Shown here in pieces: positions 8,987 to 18,944 of a stretch of 64,000 bases of DNA. Numbering within the stretch: the first letter of the stretch is position 1; every line of letters starts with the position of its first letter. Source of the DNA: a virus (taxonomy: Duplodnaviria; Heunggongvirae; Uroviricota; Caudoviricetes); the IMG/VR virus record IMGVR_UViG_3300031760_000004, positions 92,294 through 156,293 of that record; one strand, written 5' to 3'. The notes beneath the pieces are model-generated. The model saw only the letters and a list, made by a program, of their open reading frames with translations, did not search any database and was not told the origin of the DNA. The position numbers and the translations under genes were made by a program.

Positions 8987-9376
8987 ATGAATACGATGAA
9001 GACAGAGGTTCCTGAGGGAACCGACGAGGTTACACTCGTCATACACAAGGACAATGGCCACAAGGAACCTACCCTGAGGGACATACTGCCGCTGATCCAG
9101 GGGGAGGTCGAGCTGTTCGTGTGGCAGGACTACAGGCTTGACTTCGACCGTCCGATCGGGGGTACTGACGGCGTGTCGAAGAGCGCGTGCTGGTCGACCT
9201 ACACCGAGGAAGGAAAAACGATGATCCAGCTTCTTGAGAAGTCCAGGATCGTCGACGGTGAAAAGATTCTCGGAATGAAGCCGTTTGTCAGGTCGGAGGC
9301 CCCACAGGTCACGATGACAAATGGATCGGCCGTTCTCAGTGGCAACTCCCGCGTAACGCTCCACGTGAGACTGTAG
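8987..9376 (+). CDS. hypothetical protein
   Basis: AAGGAG RBS. Confidence 0.7.
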   Translation: MNTMKTEVPEGTDEVTLVIHKDNGHKEPTLRDILPLIQGEVELFVWQDYRLDFDRPIGGTDGVSKSACWSTYTEEGKTMIQLLEKSRIVDGEKILGMKPFVRSEAPQVTMTNGSAVLSGNSRVTLHVRL

Positions 9377-9378
9377 CG

Positions 9379-10056
9379 ATGACAGATGACCTGAAGTTGC
9401 TGATGGACCTCGCCAACAGCGAGTCCGTGGAACTTCTCCCAAAGGATCTGAGGGACCGCGTAATGGCCTTCAAGGACAAGAAGGAGAAGGAGGATCTGAA
9501 GCGTGCGGAGGACGCCAGGGCGGCTGCCGAGAAACTGGCTGAGGAAGACCGTAAAAAGAACGATGAGGAGTACAGGGAACTTCTGTGCATAGGAGGCTGG
9601 GGCGAGAAGGTGCCGCGTGAGCGCAGGTTCGCCCTGTGCTACAAGATGGGCAAGTTCTCGTATGACGGCGACAACTGGCACAAGGAACCGTTCTACTGCG
9701 CCATCGACCTTGTGCGCGGATACAAGTCACCATACTGGTACTACTACGGATCCTCTACCGAGGCCGGGCAGCGCGATGCGTTCTACAACGAGCGCATACG
9801 CCCGGTGCTTGAGGCAAGTGACAGCTCGGAGCTGGTAAGGGTTCTCAGAAGAGACTGGAACTTCTTCAAGATTTACGACAGCGAGGAGTCCGAGAAGTTC
9901 AAGGTGCTGAAGTACCATGTCGAAAAGGGCGCCGGCGTACCGTTCAACCCCCGCCGAGACGGGTGGAAGGCAGACCTGGTTGTCGTGGACGACATGAGTG
10001 AGTACAAGACTCTGGCAGAGCACCAATCTGACCTAAAGAAGGAGTTCTGCGAATGA
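9379..10056 (+). CDS. hypothetical protein
   Basis: 225-aa ORF in gene run. Confidence 0.7.
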   Translation: MTDDLKLLMDLANSESVELLPKDLRDRVMAFKDKKEKEDLKRAEDARAAAEKLAEEDRKKNDEEYRELLCIGGWGEKVPRERRFALCYKMGKFSYDGDNWHKEPFYCAIDLVRGYKSPYWYYYGSSTEAGQRDAFYNERIRPVLEASDSSELVRVLRRDWNFFKIYDSEESEKFKVLKYHVEKGAGVPFNPRRDGWKADLVVVDDMSEYKTLAEHQSDLKKEFCE

Positions 10057-10328
10057 GCATTGCAAGTAAGTTCCGCGAATGGAAGCTTGAGCACGACGAA
10101 TTCTGGTTCATATTCGTCGTGCCGTTTATGATTGGAGCCGTGGCGATACCGACCATAGTTGCCGCGGTGTACGCCGTGATGCACACGGCATTTCTTAAAA
10201 AGGCCCTGCTGATCGCGCTTGGCGCCGTGGGAATAGTGTTTGCCGTATGGTTCGTCGGCTTGGTGCTGTTCCTGCTGCACGAAGCCCTGTCGGGGCTGTT
10301 TGACAGAACAACAGGAAAAGAGGAGTGA
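10053..10328 (+). CDS. membrane protein (2 TM helices)
   Basis: two long hydrophobic segments. Confidence 0.7.
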   Translation: MSIASKFREWKLEHDEFWFIFVVPFMIGAVAIPTIVAAVYAVMHTAFLKKALLIALGAVGIVFAVWFVGLVLFLLHEALSGLFDRTTGKEE

Positions 10329-11029
10329 AAATGGAAGAAAAGAAGGAAGAGACTGCTGAAGCTGCGAAGCCCAAGCACATCAGGAACTATGCCAAGGCGC
10401 TCAAGATGATCCGTGACTACCACAGGAAATGGCGCTCTGGAAAGCTTACCAAGTGGGATTCGGAGACCGACGAGCAGTTCAAAGAGCGCCAGAAGGAGCA
10501 CCTGAAGTCCTGCGACAAGTCAGAGGCAAACGCCATCAAGCGGCTTGAGAACGCCGACAAGGCCGGGAAGCTGAAGGAGATCGAGGCCGAGGTCAACTGG
10601 GGAAGCAACCGAGGCGTGTACGGGTACCAGTGCCACGCGCACGTCTGGGTGTCGTACGAGCACCCGGTGCATGGCACGGACAGCTCGTATGTCGAGGGTC
10701 CGCGAACAGGGGGCTGCGGCTACGACAAGGCCAGCACGGCCCTGAGCGACGCGTTCATGAAGCTGGACGCACCAGGTCGCGGCGCCCTTGACCGGTGGGT
10801 GATCGAGGGCGGGCCGAAGGTCTGGGCCGAATACGCCATCGAGAGCAGGCCGTATCCGCACTTCGAGTTCGGTGGAAAGGGAATGTCCACGTTCACCGGG
10901 CTGTTCCACCGGCTTGGAAACAAACACTACAAGGGCGACAAGTTCGCGTTCCCGAAGTTCGAGATCGACTACCGGCAGAACAGGGATGAGGACTACTTCA
11001 TCCACGTGATTCGGAGGGACCTGGTTTGA
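10325..11029 (+). CDS. hypothetical protein (GGCGYDK motif)
   Basis: AGGAG RBS; motif TGGCGYDKASTAL. Confidence 0.7.
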   Translation: MKMEEKKEETAEAAKPKHIRNYAKALKMIRDYHRKWRSGKLTKWDSETDEQFKERQKEHLKSCDKSEANAIKRLENADKAGKLKEIEAEVNWGSNRGVYGYQCHAHVWVSYEHPVHGTDSSYVEGPRTGGCGYDKASTALSDAFMKLDAPGRGALDRWVIEGGPKVWAEYAIESRPYPHFEFGGKGMSTFTGLFHRLGNKHYKGDKFAFPKFEIDYRQNRDEDYFIHVIRRDLV

Positions 11030-11310
11030 AACGTGTTATGACTTTCCCTGAGTCGTTCTGGACGCTGGCGGTCGACAGGCCGTATGAGTCAATTCAGTTC
11101 ATGCACTGGAAGGACCACGGCGCGTCAGGATGCTACATTGCGGTGGGAGACCCGGCGAACGCCGAGCGGTTCGGATCGTACCTGGAGCTCCGCAGGGCCA
11201 TGAAGCGGGACAGTGACGTCAGGGACTTCATCGAGTACTACCCACATGCGGTCCCAGCAAAGATAACCAGAAAGACGGAGGTGTACCTGCATGGACATGT
11301 GGCTTCTTAA
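11026..11310 (+). CDS. hypothetical protein
   Basis: TTG start coupled to upstream stop. Confidence 0.55.
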   Translation: MKRVMTFPESFWTLAVDRPYESIQFMHWKDHGASGCYIAVGDPANAERFGSYLELRRAMKRDSDVRDFIEYYPHAVPAKITRKTEVYLHGHVAS

Positions 11311-11593
11311 GAGCACGTTCGGCGACGAGACCGAGCTCCTCGGAGTGTTCAGCCTGCCTGAGAAGGCCGCAGAGGCGTTCAGGGCGGTGGCATGGGACGC
11401 AAAGGAAGTCTGCAACAAAGAGGCGTTGGACATACTGTCAGAGGAACTTGTCAGTGACGGGTGCTGCGAGACCTACAACACGTCCTACGAGCTCAGGCCG
11501 GTGAAGCTGGACGAACTTCTCGTCGGACTTTCAGACACGCGTGGAAAAACGGAGGTAATCGATGGAAAGGCAAAGGGAGACGATAGTCATTGA
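11291..11593 (+). CDS. hypothetical protein
   Basis: GGAGG RBS. Confidence 0.65.
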   Translation: MDMWLLKSTFGDETELLGVFSLPEKAAEAFRAVAWDAKEVCNKEALDILSEELVSDGCCETYNTSYELRPVKLDELLVGLSDTRGKTEVIDGKAKGDDSH

Positions 11594-11771
11594 CGAGCCG
11601 GAGACCACCAGGGAGCACGCCCGCTACGCGTGGGAGGGCTTGAAGATGGTCGTTGGCAGCTCGGCCGTTCTCGCATGGCGGGGGGCCAAGGCCGCGTACG
11701 TGAAGGTCCGCGGCGCAATCAGCAGTCGGAAGGGAAGTGGCGATGGGGATCGAGCAGAAGGAGAGGACTAG
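11562..11771 (+). CDS. hypothetical protein
   Basis: GGAGG RBS. Confidence 0.55.
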   Translation: MERQRETIVIDEPETTREHARYAWEGLKMVVGSSAVLAWRGAKAAYVKVRGAISSRKGSGDGDRAEGED

Positions 11772-12300
11772 TCCGAACCGCAAGGTCGTGATACGGGCCC
11801 TCAAGAAGACCACGAAGGCGATATCGGAGCAGCCCGGGACAAGACTTGTGTACGCGCAGGACCCGACGTTCGGAGTAATAACGGTGTACGCCTACGCGGA
11901 CTTCAAGACGTACAAGAAGCTGTCCGGGCTGCTGTTCAAGAACCCCCGGCCGAGCGAGTTCCCGGCGAACGGGTTCGCCGCGTTCGGACCGTCCGTGGAC
12001 GAGCTGGACGCGATGATATGCCTGGTGTGGGTGAACAACCGCCAGCCGATCGACGAAACCCTGCCCGTGTTCGTGCACGAGATCGTGCACATGTCGCAGG
12101 ACATGCTGGACCACGCCGGCGTCCAGGACAAGTCCGGCGAGGTCCAGGCGTACACCGTCGAGCGGGAGACGATAAGGATCATGAAGGAGATGCTGGACAT
12201 GAGGACGTCCAGGTCGCCATCGATCAAGAAGGTGAAGGAGATAGTTGATGGAGAAAAATGCGAAGACGGTGACGACGACTCCGGCTCGGACAGGACGTAG
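11737..12300 (+). CDS. HExxH-motif protein (putative Zn-metallopeptidase-like)
   Basis: FVHEIVHMSQDML followed by EVQAY. Confidence 0.55.
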   Translation: MAMGIEQKERTSPNRKVVIRALKKTTKAISEQPGTRLVYAQDPTFGVITVYAYADFKTYKKLSGLLFKNPRPSEFPANGFAAFGPSVDELDAMICLVWVNNRQPIDETLPVFVHEIVHMSQDMLDHAGVQDKSGEVQAYTVERETIRIMKEMLDMRTSRSPSIKKVKEIVDGEKCEDGDDDSGSDRT

Positions 12301-13033
12301 CTCTATCTCGCTGTTCGGGTCCGACGCCCAGAACTGGTTCGACGCCCAGATGGCGAAGCGCAACGCGGAGCGAAAGGCGGACGACGAAAAGGCGAACGCC
12401 GAGAAGGAGAAGGGCATGGCTGCCGGGGCTAAGAACCACGCGTCCCTGCTCCAGGCCGCCCAGACGGTGGCCAGGTCGCTCGCTGTGGACGGCGTCGTCA
12501 CAATCGACGACGTAGTGCGCGAGATGCGCCGCCAGGGGTTCAGGGAGGACGACATCAAGGCCGGCGACGCCAAGGCCAAGAACTGGAAGGGATCCGTGTT
12601 CTCGGACGCCGACTGGGTGTGCGTCGGGACGATCGCCTCCAGGGAGGCCTCGGCGCATGGCCGGCATGTCCGCCAATGGGCCACGAAGGGATGGCTGAGA
12701 AACCATCCCGTGAACGGCACCAACAGCGACGCGTCGTGCTTCCACCTGTTCGGAATCTACAACGAGGCCGTGCACTGCTACCCGGCCGGCACGGAACTGG
12801 TGTTCATCCTCGGAAGGGACATGCTGGATTCCAGCTTCGACCTGCTTAAGATCGGACGCACCCGCGCCAAGTTCAACGCGGACGGATCAGCCGATCCCGC
12901 CGGGGAACCGGGGGTGGCGCTCTTCGGCTGCCGGGTGTTCGCGTGCGACGGCGTAGGCGCGATATGCCTGCCGAGGCGTGCGCTGGAAGGCGATCTCAGG
13001 GAAATGTCCCTGCTGAACAGGATGACGCCATGA
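12245..13033 (+). CDS. hypothetical protein
   Basis: AAGGAG upstream; 262 aa. Confidence 0.65.
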   Translation: MMEKNAKTVTTTPARTGRSSISLFGSDAQNWFDAQMAKRNAERKADDEKANAEKEKGMAAGAKNHASLLQAAQTVARSLAVDGVVTIDDVVREMRRQGFREDDIKAGDAKAKNWKGSVFSDADWVCVGTIASREASAHGRHVRQWATKGWLRNHPVNGTNSDASCFHLFGIYNEAVHCYPAGTELVFILGRDMLDSSFDLLKIGRTRAKFNADGSADPAGEPGVALFGCRVFACDGVGAICLPRRALEGDLREMSLLNRMTP

Positions 13034-14556
13034 CCCATGACGAGCTGATGGCATTCCTGGACGCAAGGGCCGAACGCGTGCGATCGATGAACGACAAGTT
13101 CGCCGGGCACGTGCTCGACCCGATGTCGTACTTCCCGTCTGTCTGGTGGCCCGGGTTTAACCAAAACGGATGGGTGATGCCGCACGACATGGACGCCTGG
13201 CCCCAGGCGACGAGGTTCAGCATAGCGGACCCGGACTGGGTGTGGTCGCACATAATGCTGACTCCGTACTGCCTGGGCGCCACGGTGCCGGTGCTCGACC
13301 GCAAGGAGATTCCGCCGCTTCCGAACGTGAACACGGACTGGGACGCCATCCTCGGCTGCCTGAACAACGTCGGCCGGCCTTCCGGATCCGGCGAGTTCAG
13401 GAGGCCGGAGGGGCCGTTCGTGCTCGACCTCGTAAAGGACCCGAAAGGCAGGAAACTGCTTGAAGCCGCCCATGCCGTGGCCCATGCCAGGGCCATGGCG
13501 GAAGGCGAGGTTTCCGGGCACGGCGGGTTCCTGGAGGCTCTGGCCGAGATGTTCCTGGCGATGAGGTGGCACATCACGTTCCACTGCCCCACGCTTGGTG
13601 AGATCCTGGGAGACGACAGGGCCAGAGGAGACGAGAGCGCGTTCAGGTGGCACGGCATAAAGGTTGTGACGTCCACGAGGCCGCGCAAGCCGTGGCTGAC
13701 AATGCCGGCCGTGGGTCCGCAAGGGCCAAGGGTCGGCAGGGACTGCATCGCGGTCCTGGTCGGAGTCCACCTGGAGGCCGAACCATGGGCGACACGCGAG
13801 GGAAACCCCAACACTGAGGACGAAACCTGGCTTGAGATGAACAGGTGGTCGTGCATGCCGTCCCTTCTGTGCCTCTCCGGATGGAAGGGCATGGACGAGC
13901 TCATGAAGGCGCCGCTTGTCCTGCCGTACAAAAACTCCGGCAAGGAGGACGTGTGCGCCACGATGCCGGTCACGGCGCTTGACCCGCCGTCGGCCCTTGA
14001 CGCCCTTGTGGCGCAGCAGGCGAAGGTGTCGTCCAGGTGCGCGAACCCGGCTCTTGGCGTATGGTTCGTCGAGGACTTCCTTGATAGCCGGTGGCTGAAG
14101 GCGCTTCTGAGCGTGACGCCGCCGCTGCCGTGCAGGGACTGTCTAAGGCTCAACATGGCCTCTCCCGGAGCTCCGTCAAGGCCGGCCTCCAGAAGGCCGG
14201 ACGCAAAGTCAAAGGGTAGGAGATCGTCCGGAACGGACGAGGCCGAGCGCGAGTGGGCGGACTACGACGCGAAGGTCGACAGGATATTCAAGGTCGTCGA
14301 CAAGGCGTGCCGGTTCCACGACATGCGGTTCGGAGGCGGCCTGAAGTTCAGGAAGCTAAGATCGCGCAACTCGAAGAAGGTCGCGGAGCTTCTCGACAAG
14401 ATCGCGGTATGCCGCAGGCGCATGCGCAAGTTCGCCGCCGACTCGGAGTACACGAAGGCGGCCGTGGAGGAGCTGAGGGCGGCCGACGCGAAGAAGGAGA
14501 TGGCCATGATGATGGAAGGAGAGCAGGATGTACAGATACGTTACACTTGGAATTGA
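13030..14556 (+). CDS. large hypothetical protein
   Basis: ATGA coupling; about 508 aa with a CxxC near the C-terminus. Confidence 0.7.
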   Translation: MTHDELMAFLDARAERVRSMNDKFAGHVLDPMSYFPSVWWPGFNQNGWVMPHDMDAWPQATRFSIADPDWVWSHIMLTPYCLGATVPVLDRKEIPPLPNVNTDWDAILGCLNNVGRPSGSGEFRRPEGPFVLDLVKDPKGRKLLEAAHAVAHARAMAEGEVSGHGGFLEALAEMFLAMRWHITFHCPTLGEILGDDRARGDESAFRWHGIKVVTSTRPRKPWLTMPAVGPQGPRVGRDCIAVLVGVHLEAEPWATREGNPNTEDETWLEMNRWSCMPSLLCLSGWKGMDELMKAPLVLPYKNSGKEDVCATMPVTALDPPSALDALVAQQAKVSSRCANPALGVWFVEDFLDSRWLKALLSVTPPLPCRDCLRLNMASPGAPSRPASRRPDAKSKGRRSSGTDEAEREWADYDAKVDRIFKVVDKACRFHDMRFGGGLKFRKLRSRNSKKVAELLDKIAVCRRRMRKFAADSEYTKAAVEELRAADAKKEMAMMMEGEQDVQIRYTWN

Positions 14557-15127
14557 CGGCAAGGGACAGGTATACGGCCTGGAACTTAACGACAGCGAAA
14601 GCGGAGGCTTTCGACATAACTCGCTCGGATATTCCACGAGTTGCGCAGTGATACGACCGGTTCCAAGGGAAACCCTGGAATACTGCCGCAACGACATGGA
14701 CAGTGTCCGTGAGTGGTGGAAAATGGCCGTGGCCGACGACCACACGGAGCTCGGGCTCGAGGACTACTTCAAGCAGATGCTCGATACCGATTCCGACAGC
14801 TTCTGGTACGACGAGGACTGGCCGGCCAAGGACGAGTCGTTCTGCTACGGTCTGCTGGAGGACCACGATAACCCGACGCTCAAGGCGGGCGGGTTCAAAG
14901 GCGAGGATCAGAATGGCGGCGACTTCCGGAAGTACATCGAAAAACTCATCGCCGACAGCGACGAGATCGACATTGACGGTGAGGACATAGCCACATGGGA
15001 GGCGTCCGGATTGTGGGCGCCGAGCGAACCGTTCGTGATCGAGCTTGCGCCGCGGGAGATCCTTGACGAGTACTACTCGCACCTTGTCAAGACGGACGCG
15101 AAGTTCCAGGAGAACTGGAAACGATGA
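14528..15127 (+). CDS. hypothetical acidic protein
   Basis: AAGGAG upstream. Confidence 0.7.
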   Translation: MYRYVTLGIDGKGQVYGLELNDSESGGFRHNSLGYSTSCAVIRPVPRETLEYCRNDMDSVREWWKMAVADDHTELGLEDYFKQMLDTDSDSFWYDEDWPAKDESFCYGLLEDHDNPTLKAGGFKGEDQNGGDFRKYIEKLIADSDEIDIDGEDIATWEASGLWAPSEPFVIELAPREILDEYYSHLVKTDAKFQENWKR

Positions 15128-15393
15128 ACAGCACGAGAATCTATCTGGAGGACGGTATGTACATGGCGATTGTCGTGTTTCTGGGACTGGTCGTCCTGGC
15201 ATTCGCCGTCAAGGGCGGGACCAGGCGGATAGTCAAGGCCATCGACAACCTCGCGGAAGTCGAGAGGAACCGCCCAGTCATACACATGGGAGCGCCGGAA
15301 CCGCTTATCGAGTTCGGCAAACCCGACATCATGCTCTGCAACGTGAACACGGAGGAAGACAATGGCAGCAACAGCGACAACGAACAAAATTGA
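15124..15393 (+). CDS. small membrane protein
   Basis: one TM helix. Confidence 0.6.
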   Translation: MNSTRIYLEDGMYMAIVVFLGLVVLAFAVKGGTRRIVKAIDNLAEVERNRPVIHMGAPEPLIEFGKPDIMLCNVNTEEDNGSNSDNEQN

Positions 15394-15658
15394 GTACCCG
15401 GTCCCGAGCGGGCCGCGGCTGGTGACGTCGGCGAACCTGACGCCGTGGGCCGTCATGTGCATCGTGGGCGCGCTACGGCGCGACTCAGAGGCGCGAAGCA
15501 AGCAGGCCGCGGAGGAGGGCGATAAGACCGGCTCACTGAAGCAGATAGCCGACGACGAGCTGGCCCTGTCCAGGCTCATCTCGGCGCTTGACTCCGCCGA
15601 CGGGATCGCGGTCTACCCGATCAAGATCAACGTCTACGCCGAGGAGGCCCCGAAGTGA
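15362..15658 (+). CDS. hypothetical protein
   Basis: GGAGG RBS. Confidence 0.65.
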   Translation: MAATATTNKIEYPVPSGPRLVTSANLTPWAVMCIVGALRRDSEARSKQAAEEGDKTGSLKQIADDELALSRLISALDSADGIAVYPIKINVYAEEAPK

Positions 15659-16017
15659 GGAAGCCCTGCCTCCAGTGCTTCAGGAAGCACATGGGTAACG
15701 CGGCCGTCCTGATGGAGGAGGTCCTAGACGGGTATCCGTACCGGTTCCTCGTCTGCGGGCACCTCGACCAGGCGGCGCAGGAGATACGCAGGTGGTCCCC
15801 GCGGCTGGCGACGGTCGTGCGGGCCCACCGCATCAGGCTCCAGAACGCGGACTTCGACTACGACATCCCGTTCGAGGAGATCGACCGGTTCATCTCGGAT
15901 GTCGAGCTGATTCCCGACCACGACACGAATTTCCCGGAAATCCCGGAGTCGTGCTACGAGGGTCTGGAGAGGAACGCCACCGGCGGCTGGGAGCTGTACG
16001 AAGGCGACCAGCGATGA
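15655..16017 (+). CDS. hypothetical protein (CxxC N-terminus)
   Basis: GTGA coupling, GGAGG RBS. Confidence 0.65.
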   Translation: MRKPCLQCFRKHMGNAAVLMEEVLDGYPYRFLVCGHLDQAAQEIRRWSPRLATVVRAHRIRLQNADFDYDIPFEEIDRFISDVELIPDHDTNFPEIPESCYEGLERNATGGWELYEGDQR

Positions 16018-16121
16018 GCGAGCAGATCATACGCTACGAACGCGATGGAGGATGCGGTTGCGAGACGATTATCATAATCGGACTGCTTCTGTACATTATC
16101 CACCTGCTTGGAGGATTATGA
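16014..16121 (+). CDS. 35-aa membrane peptide
   Basis: ATGA coupling; MSEQIIRYERDGGCGCETIIIIGLLLYIIHLLGGL. Confidence 0.5.
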   Translation: MSEQIIRYERDGGCGCETIIIIGLLLYIIHLLGGL

Positions 16122-16122
16122 C

Positions 16123-16221
16123 ATGAACGAGAGCGCCATAATTATATGCACGACGATGGTGTGCTTCACAGCCATAATCGTAACTCTCATAATCGTGCTC
16201 GGAGGTGGCGATAGGGGATGA
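16123..16221 (+). CDS. 32-aa membrane peptide
   Basis: GGAGG RBS; MNESAIIICTTMVCFTAIIVTLIIVLGGGDRG. Confidence 0.5.
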   Translation: MNESAIIICTTMVCFTAIIVTLIIVLGGGDRG

Positions 16222-16622
16222 GCAAGGAATACCGCGTCAACGTGGTGTACTCGATGGTGCACACCATGTATGTAGAGGCTGACTCGCCGTCAGAGGCGAG
16301 GGCTCTGGCGATGGAGAAGTTCTGCGACGAGCCGGACTTCTCCGACGACGAGATCGACGAGGTCATGCGCGCCAGCGTCGTTCCAGGCCCGGGTGACAAG
16401 ACATATCCGGTACGGTATCGTGGCTGCTACAGGCACGGAGGAGCACCTGACCCGGACGATCCTAAGGTTGGACGAGTAGAGTATTGGACCATGGACCACA
16501 TACTCGACGAGATCAACGGCGGACGTTGCGAAGGCTGGACCCCGTACACCAAGGAGGACTGGCAGGAGGGACTCGACGAGTGGACGGAGTGGGAGCCTGT
16601 AAGGGAGGATGACAAATGCTGA
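16218..16622 (+). CDS. hypothetical protein (DpnD/PcfM-like N-terminus)
   Basis: YRVNVVYSMVHTMYVEADSPSEARALA pattern. Confidence 0.55.
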   Translation: MSKEYRVNVVYSMVHTMYVEADSPSEARALAMEKFCDEPDFSDDEIDEVMRASVVPGPGDKTYPVRYRGCYRHGGAPDPDDPKVGRVEYWTMDHILDEINGGRCEGWTPYTKEDWQEGLDEWTEWEPVREDDKC

Positions 16623-16822
16623 CACTGGGCGAGGAGAGCCTGCTTCACGGCGCCATGAAAGAGGCGCATGAGCTGGAGAACTTGGACAAGAACGACAGCC
16701 ATGCATCTGTAATAAGGCGGCTTGTCGATCTAGTCAGAGACAAGGACCACGAGATCCGGGAGCTGGAGCTCAAGATTTCGTCAATGAAGCGAAGGGCCAG
16801 TAGGGGGCTGCCGTTGTTCTGA
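16616..16822 (+). CDS. hypothetical coiled-coil protein
   Basis: GGAGG RBS. Confidence 0.6.
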   Translation: MLTLGEESLLHGAMKEAHELENLDKNDSHASVIRRLVDLVRDKDHEIRELELKISSMKRRASRGLPLF

Positions 16823-16948
16823 TGATTGACAAGATACTGCATGTGTTTGCCGGGCTGTGCCTTGTAATCGCGCTTTGGGCGGCATACGAGATCATACCGG
16901 CGTGCATCGCCCTGCTGTTCGACTGGTTGTTTTGGAGAAGTAAAAAGC

Positions 16949-17302
16949 ATGAACGCACTGAAGCTGAAAAAACTGTACGCGAAGACAATTAGTGATTCGC
17001 CGTACTTCTGCGACCAGATGCTGCCTACGCAGCCACGTGACGAGATCCGTCTCGCCACAGTTAAGATGCGGAACGCCGCACGGCACCGCGTCGCGAATGG
17101 AATTGAAGCCGGGAATCTCATGTGGAACGAGATTCTCAACGAGAACGTGTGGGAGGCCACAACCCACATGGCGTTCGACGAGAACACCGAGGCGATCGAC
17201 AGCCTGTACGACGCCGTGGTGACGATCATGCGCACAATCGACGTGCTTGAAGGTAAGCAAGCACTTGGCAAGCCGGACAAGGAGAAGACCGATGAAAAGT
17301 AA
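16949..17302 (+). CDS. hypothetical protein
   Basis: GGAG upstream. Confidence 0.65.
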   Translation: MNALKLKKLYAKTISDSPYFCDQMLPTQPRDEIRLATVKMRNAARHRVANGIEAGNLMWNEILNENVWEATTHMAFDENTEAIDSLYDAVVTIMRTIDVLEGKQALGKPDKEKTDEK

Positions 17303-17696
17303 GGAAAAGAACTACAACGAAGTCAGCTGCGACGACCAGAGCCGGTGGGGCATGCTGAACGACTCTGACCTGGCGTGCAACAACTACTACGGCGCCAGGT
17401 GCATAGCCGAGCGCTCGTACGACAGGAAGTCCGTCCGCCTCGACTTCATCCCCAACCGGATCTCGTTCAGGGGGTGCCGGAAGGACGTGGACAAAATCGT
17501 AAAGTTCGTCAACCGGCACGTCAGGCGGATCGAGAAGTTCGTGCACGAGCACGGTCTCGGCTCCAGCAAGGAGTACGTGGTCGAGTCTCCGGAGGGAATC
17601 AAGCTCACAGCCACCCCTCACGGGTCTGACGGCTACGTGTATCTCAAGGCGGTCTGGAACGGCTACGACAAGAGGAAGGGGGCCGTTAATGGCTGA
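17292..17696 (+). CDS. hypothetical protein
   Basis: AAGGAG RBS. Confidence 0.65.
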   Translation: MKSKEKNYNEVSCDDQSRWGMLNDSDLACNNYYGARCIAERSYDRKSVRLDFIPNRISFRGCRKDVDKIVKFVNRHVRRIEKFVHEHGLGSSKEYVVESPEGIKLTATPHGSDGYVYLKAVWNGYDKRKGAVNG

Positions 17697-18180
17697 CGGA
17701 AACGACGAGATGATGAAGATGCTGTCGAAGCTCTTCGACATCAAGGCGAAGTACGAGAATCTGAGGGGGGTGCTGTCGAAGCACGTGGAGAACCCGGACG
17801 ACCTACAGGAGGTCGAGGAGGTGCTCGGCAAGGCCGGGGCTGACGACCTGCTGGACCAGCTGATGGAGACTACCGGGCACGACCAGTACGTGGACTTCGA
17901 GGAGTTCGTGTGCGACGCCGCAAAGGAGAGGGACCTGCACAAGGGCATGGTTCCGCTGGCGTGGATCGAGACAGAGGACCACGGTGACATCGTTACGACC
18001 CCGGACTTCTGGGACTGCGGCTGCACAGTCGACTATGTCCATCCGAAGACAGAGGACGTCTGCCCGAAGTGCGGGTTCAAACGCGACGAGCAGCCCGACT
18101 CCCGTCTGGACGAGGCCCTATGGTACTACAGGAACAAGCTCGGCCTGTCCAGTAACGACAAGGAAAAGGACAACGCATGA
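17689..18180 (+). CDS. hypothetical protein with C-terminal Zn-ribbon
   Basis: WDCGC...CPKCG. Confidence 0.7.
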   Translation: MADGNDEMMKMLSKLFDIKAKYENLRGVLSKHVENPDDLQEVEEVLGKAGADDLLDQLMETTGHDQYVDFEEFVCDAAKERDLHKGMVPLAWIETEDHGDIVTTPDFWDCGCTVDYVHPKTEDVCPKCGFKRDEQPDSRLDEALWYYRNKLGLSSNDKEKDNA

Positions 18181-18413
18181 ACGCTCTTTCAGAGACTCTG
18201 GACTACACCGGGCAATACCGGGACGCACGAAAGCTCGCCGTGTCAAGCGGGCTGATACCGGCCGAAAAGGCCGCCGTGATGACCGACGACGAGGTGTGCA
18301 GCAAGCTGCTTGGAAAATACTCCATACTTGCCAAGGACGGGGAAACAGTGTTCCTTGTCGACAAGGCTGACGAGGCAAAAGTCAGGTCGATGCTGAAGTG
18401 TCTCAGCAGATAG
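18177..18413 (+). CDS. hypothetical protein
   Basis: ATGA coupling. Confidence 0.65.
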   Translation: MNALSETLDYTGQYRDARKLAVSSGLIPAEKAAVMTDDEVCSKLLGKYSILAKDGETVFLVDKADEAKVRSMLKCLSR

Positions 18414-18421
18414 GAGGCTGT

Positions 18422-18655
18422 ATGGCCGAAAAGGTCATGCTCTCGATAAGAGACCCCGAGCAAGCCCTGCAGGCAATGCTGATGGAAAGGTTCAGAAGGA
18501 CCGAGTTCCTCTGGAAGACCGCCGACGGAAGTGTCGTAAACGTCAGGGACATGGATGACGTCCACCTGAACAACGCGATAGGCTATCTAAGGCGAGCAGT
18601 ATTCAACAAGGAGGTCTGCCTTGAGAATGAAGCGGAGGCACTAAACAATGACTAA
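18422..18655 (+). CDS. hypothetical protein
   Basis: AGGAGG RBS. Confidence 0.65.
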   Translation: MAEKVMLSIRDPEQALQAMLMERFRRTEFLWKTADGSVVNVRDMDDVHLNNAIGYLRRAVFNKEVCLENEAEALNND

Positions 18656-18944
18656 GAGGGAAAGGTGCAGACTTTGTTTTGATGGTGAAATTGAACCTAA
18701 GGACTGCATCTACTACGGCGAGCCGAACGGATGTAATTCGCCAATATACGGCGAGTACCCGAAGTTCAACGAGGCCGACATAACGCGTGTTCTTTCCAAG
18801 GTGCACGACTACCTGGGAGAACTCATTCGTGACGGTCTGGTCGATGACACCGTCAGGGCAAGCGAACTTGCAGACGAGGTATGGGATGCGTACCACTACA
18901 CTGACACCGAGGCGGGCGAGGAAGATCCTCAGGCTGGCGTCTGA
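18648..18944 (+). CDS. hypothetical protein
   Basis: GGAGG RBS. Confidence 0.6.
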   Translation: MTKRERCRLCFDGEIEPKDCIYYGEPNGCNSPIYGEYPKFNEADITRVLSKVHDYLGELIRDGLVDDTVRASELADEVWDAYHYTDTEAGEEDPQAGV

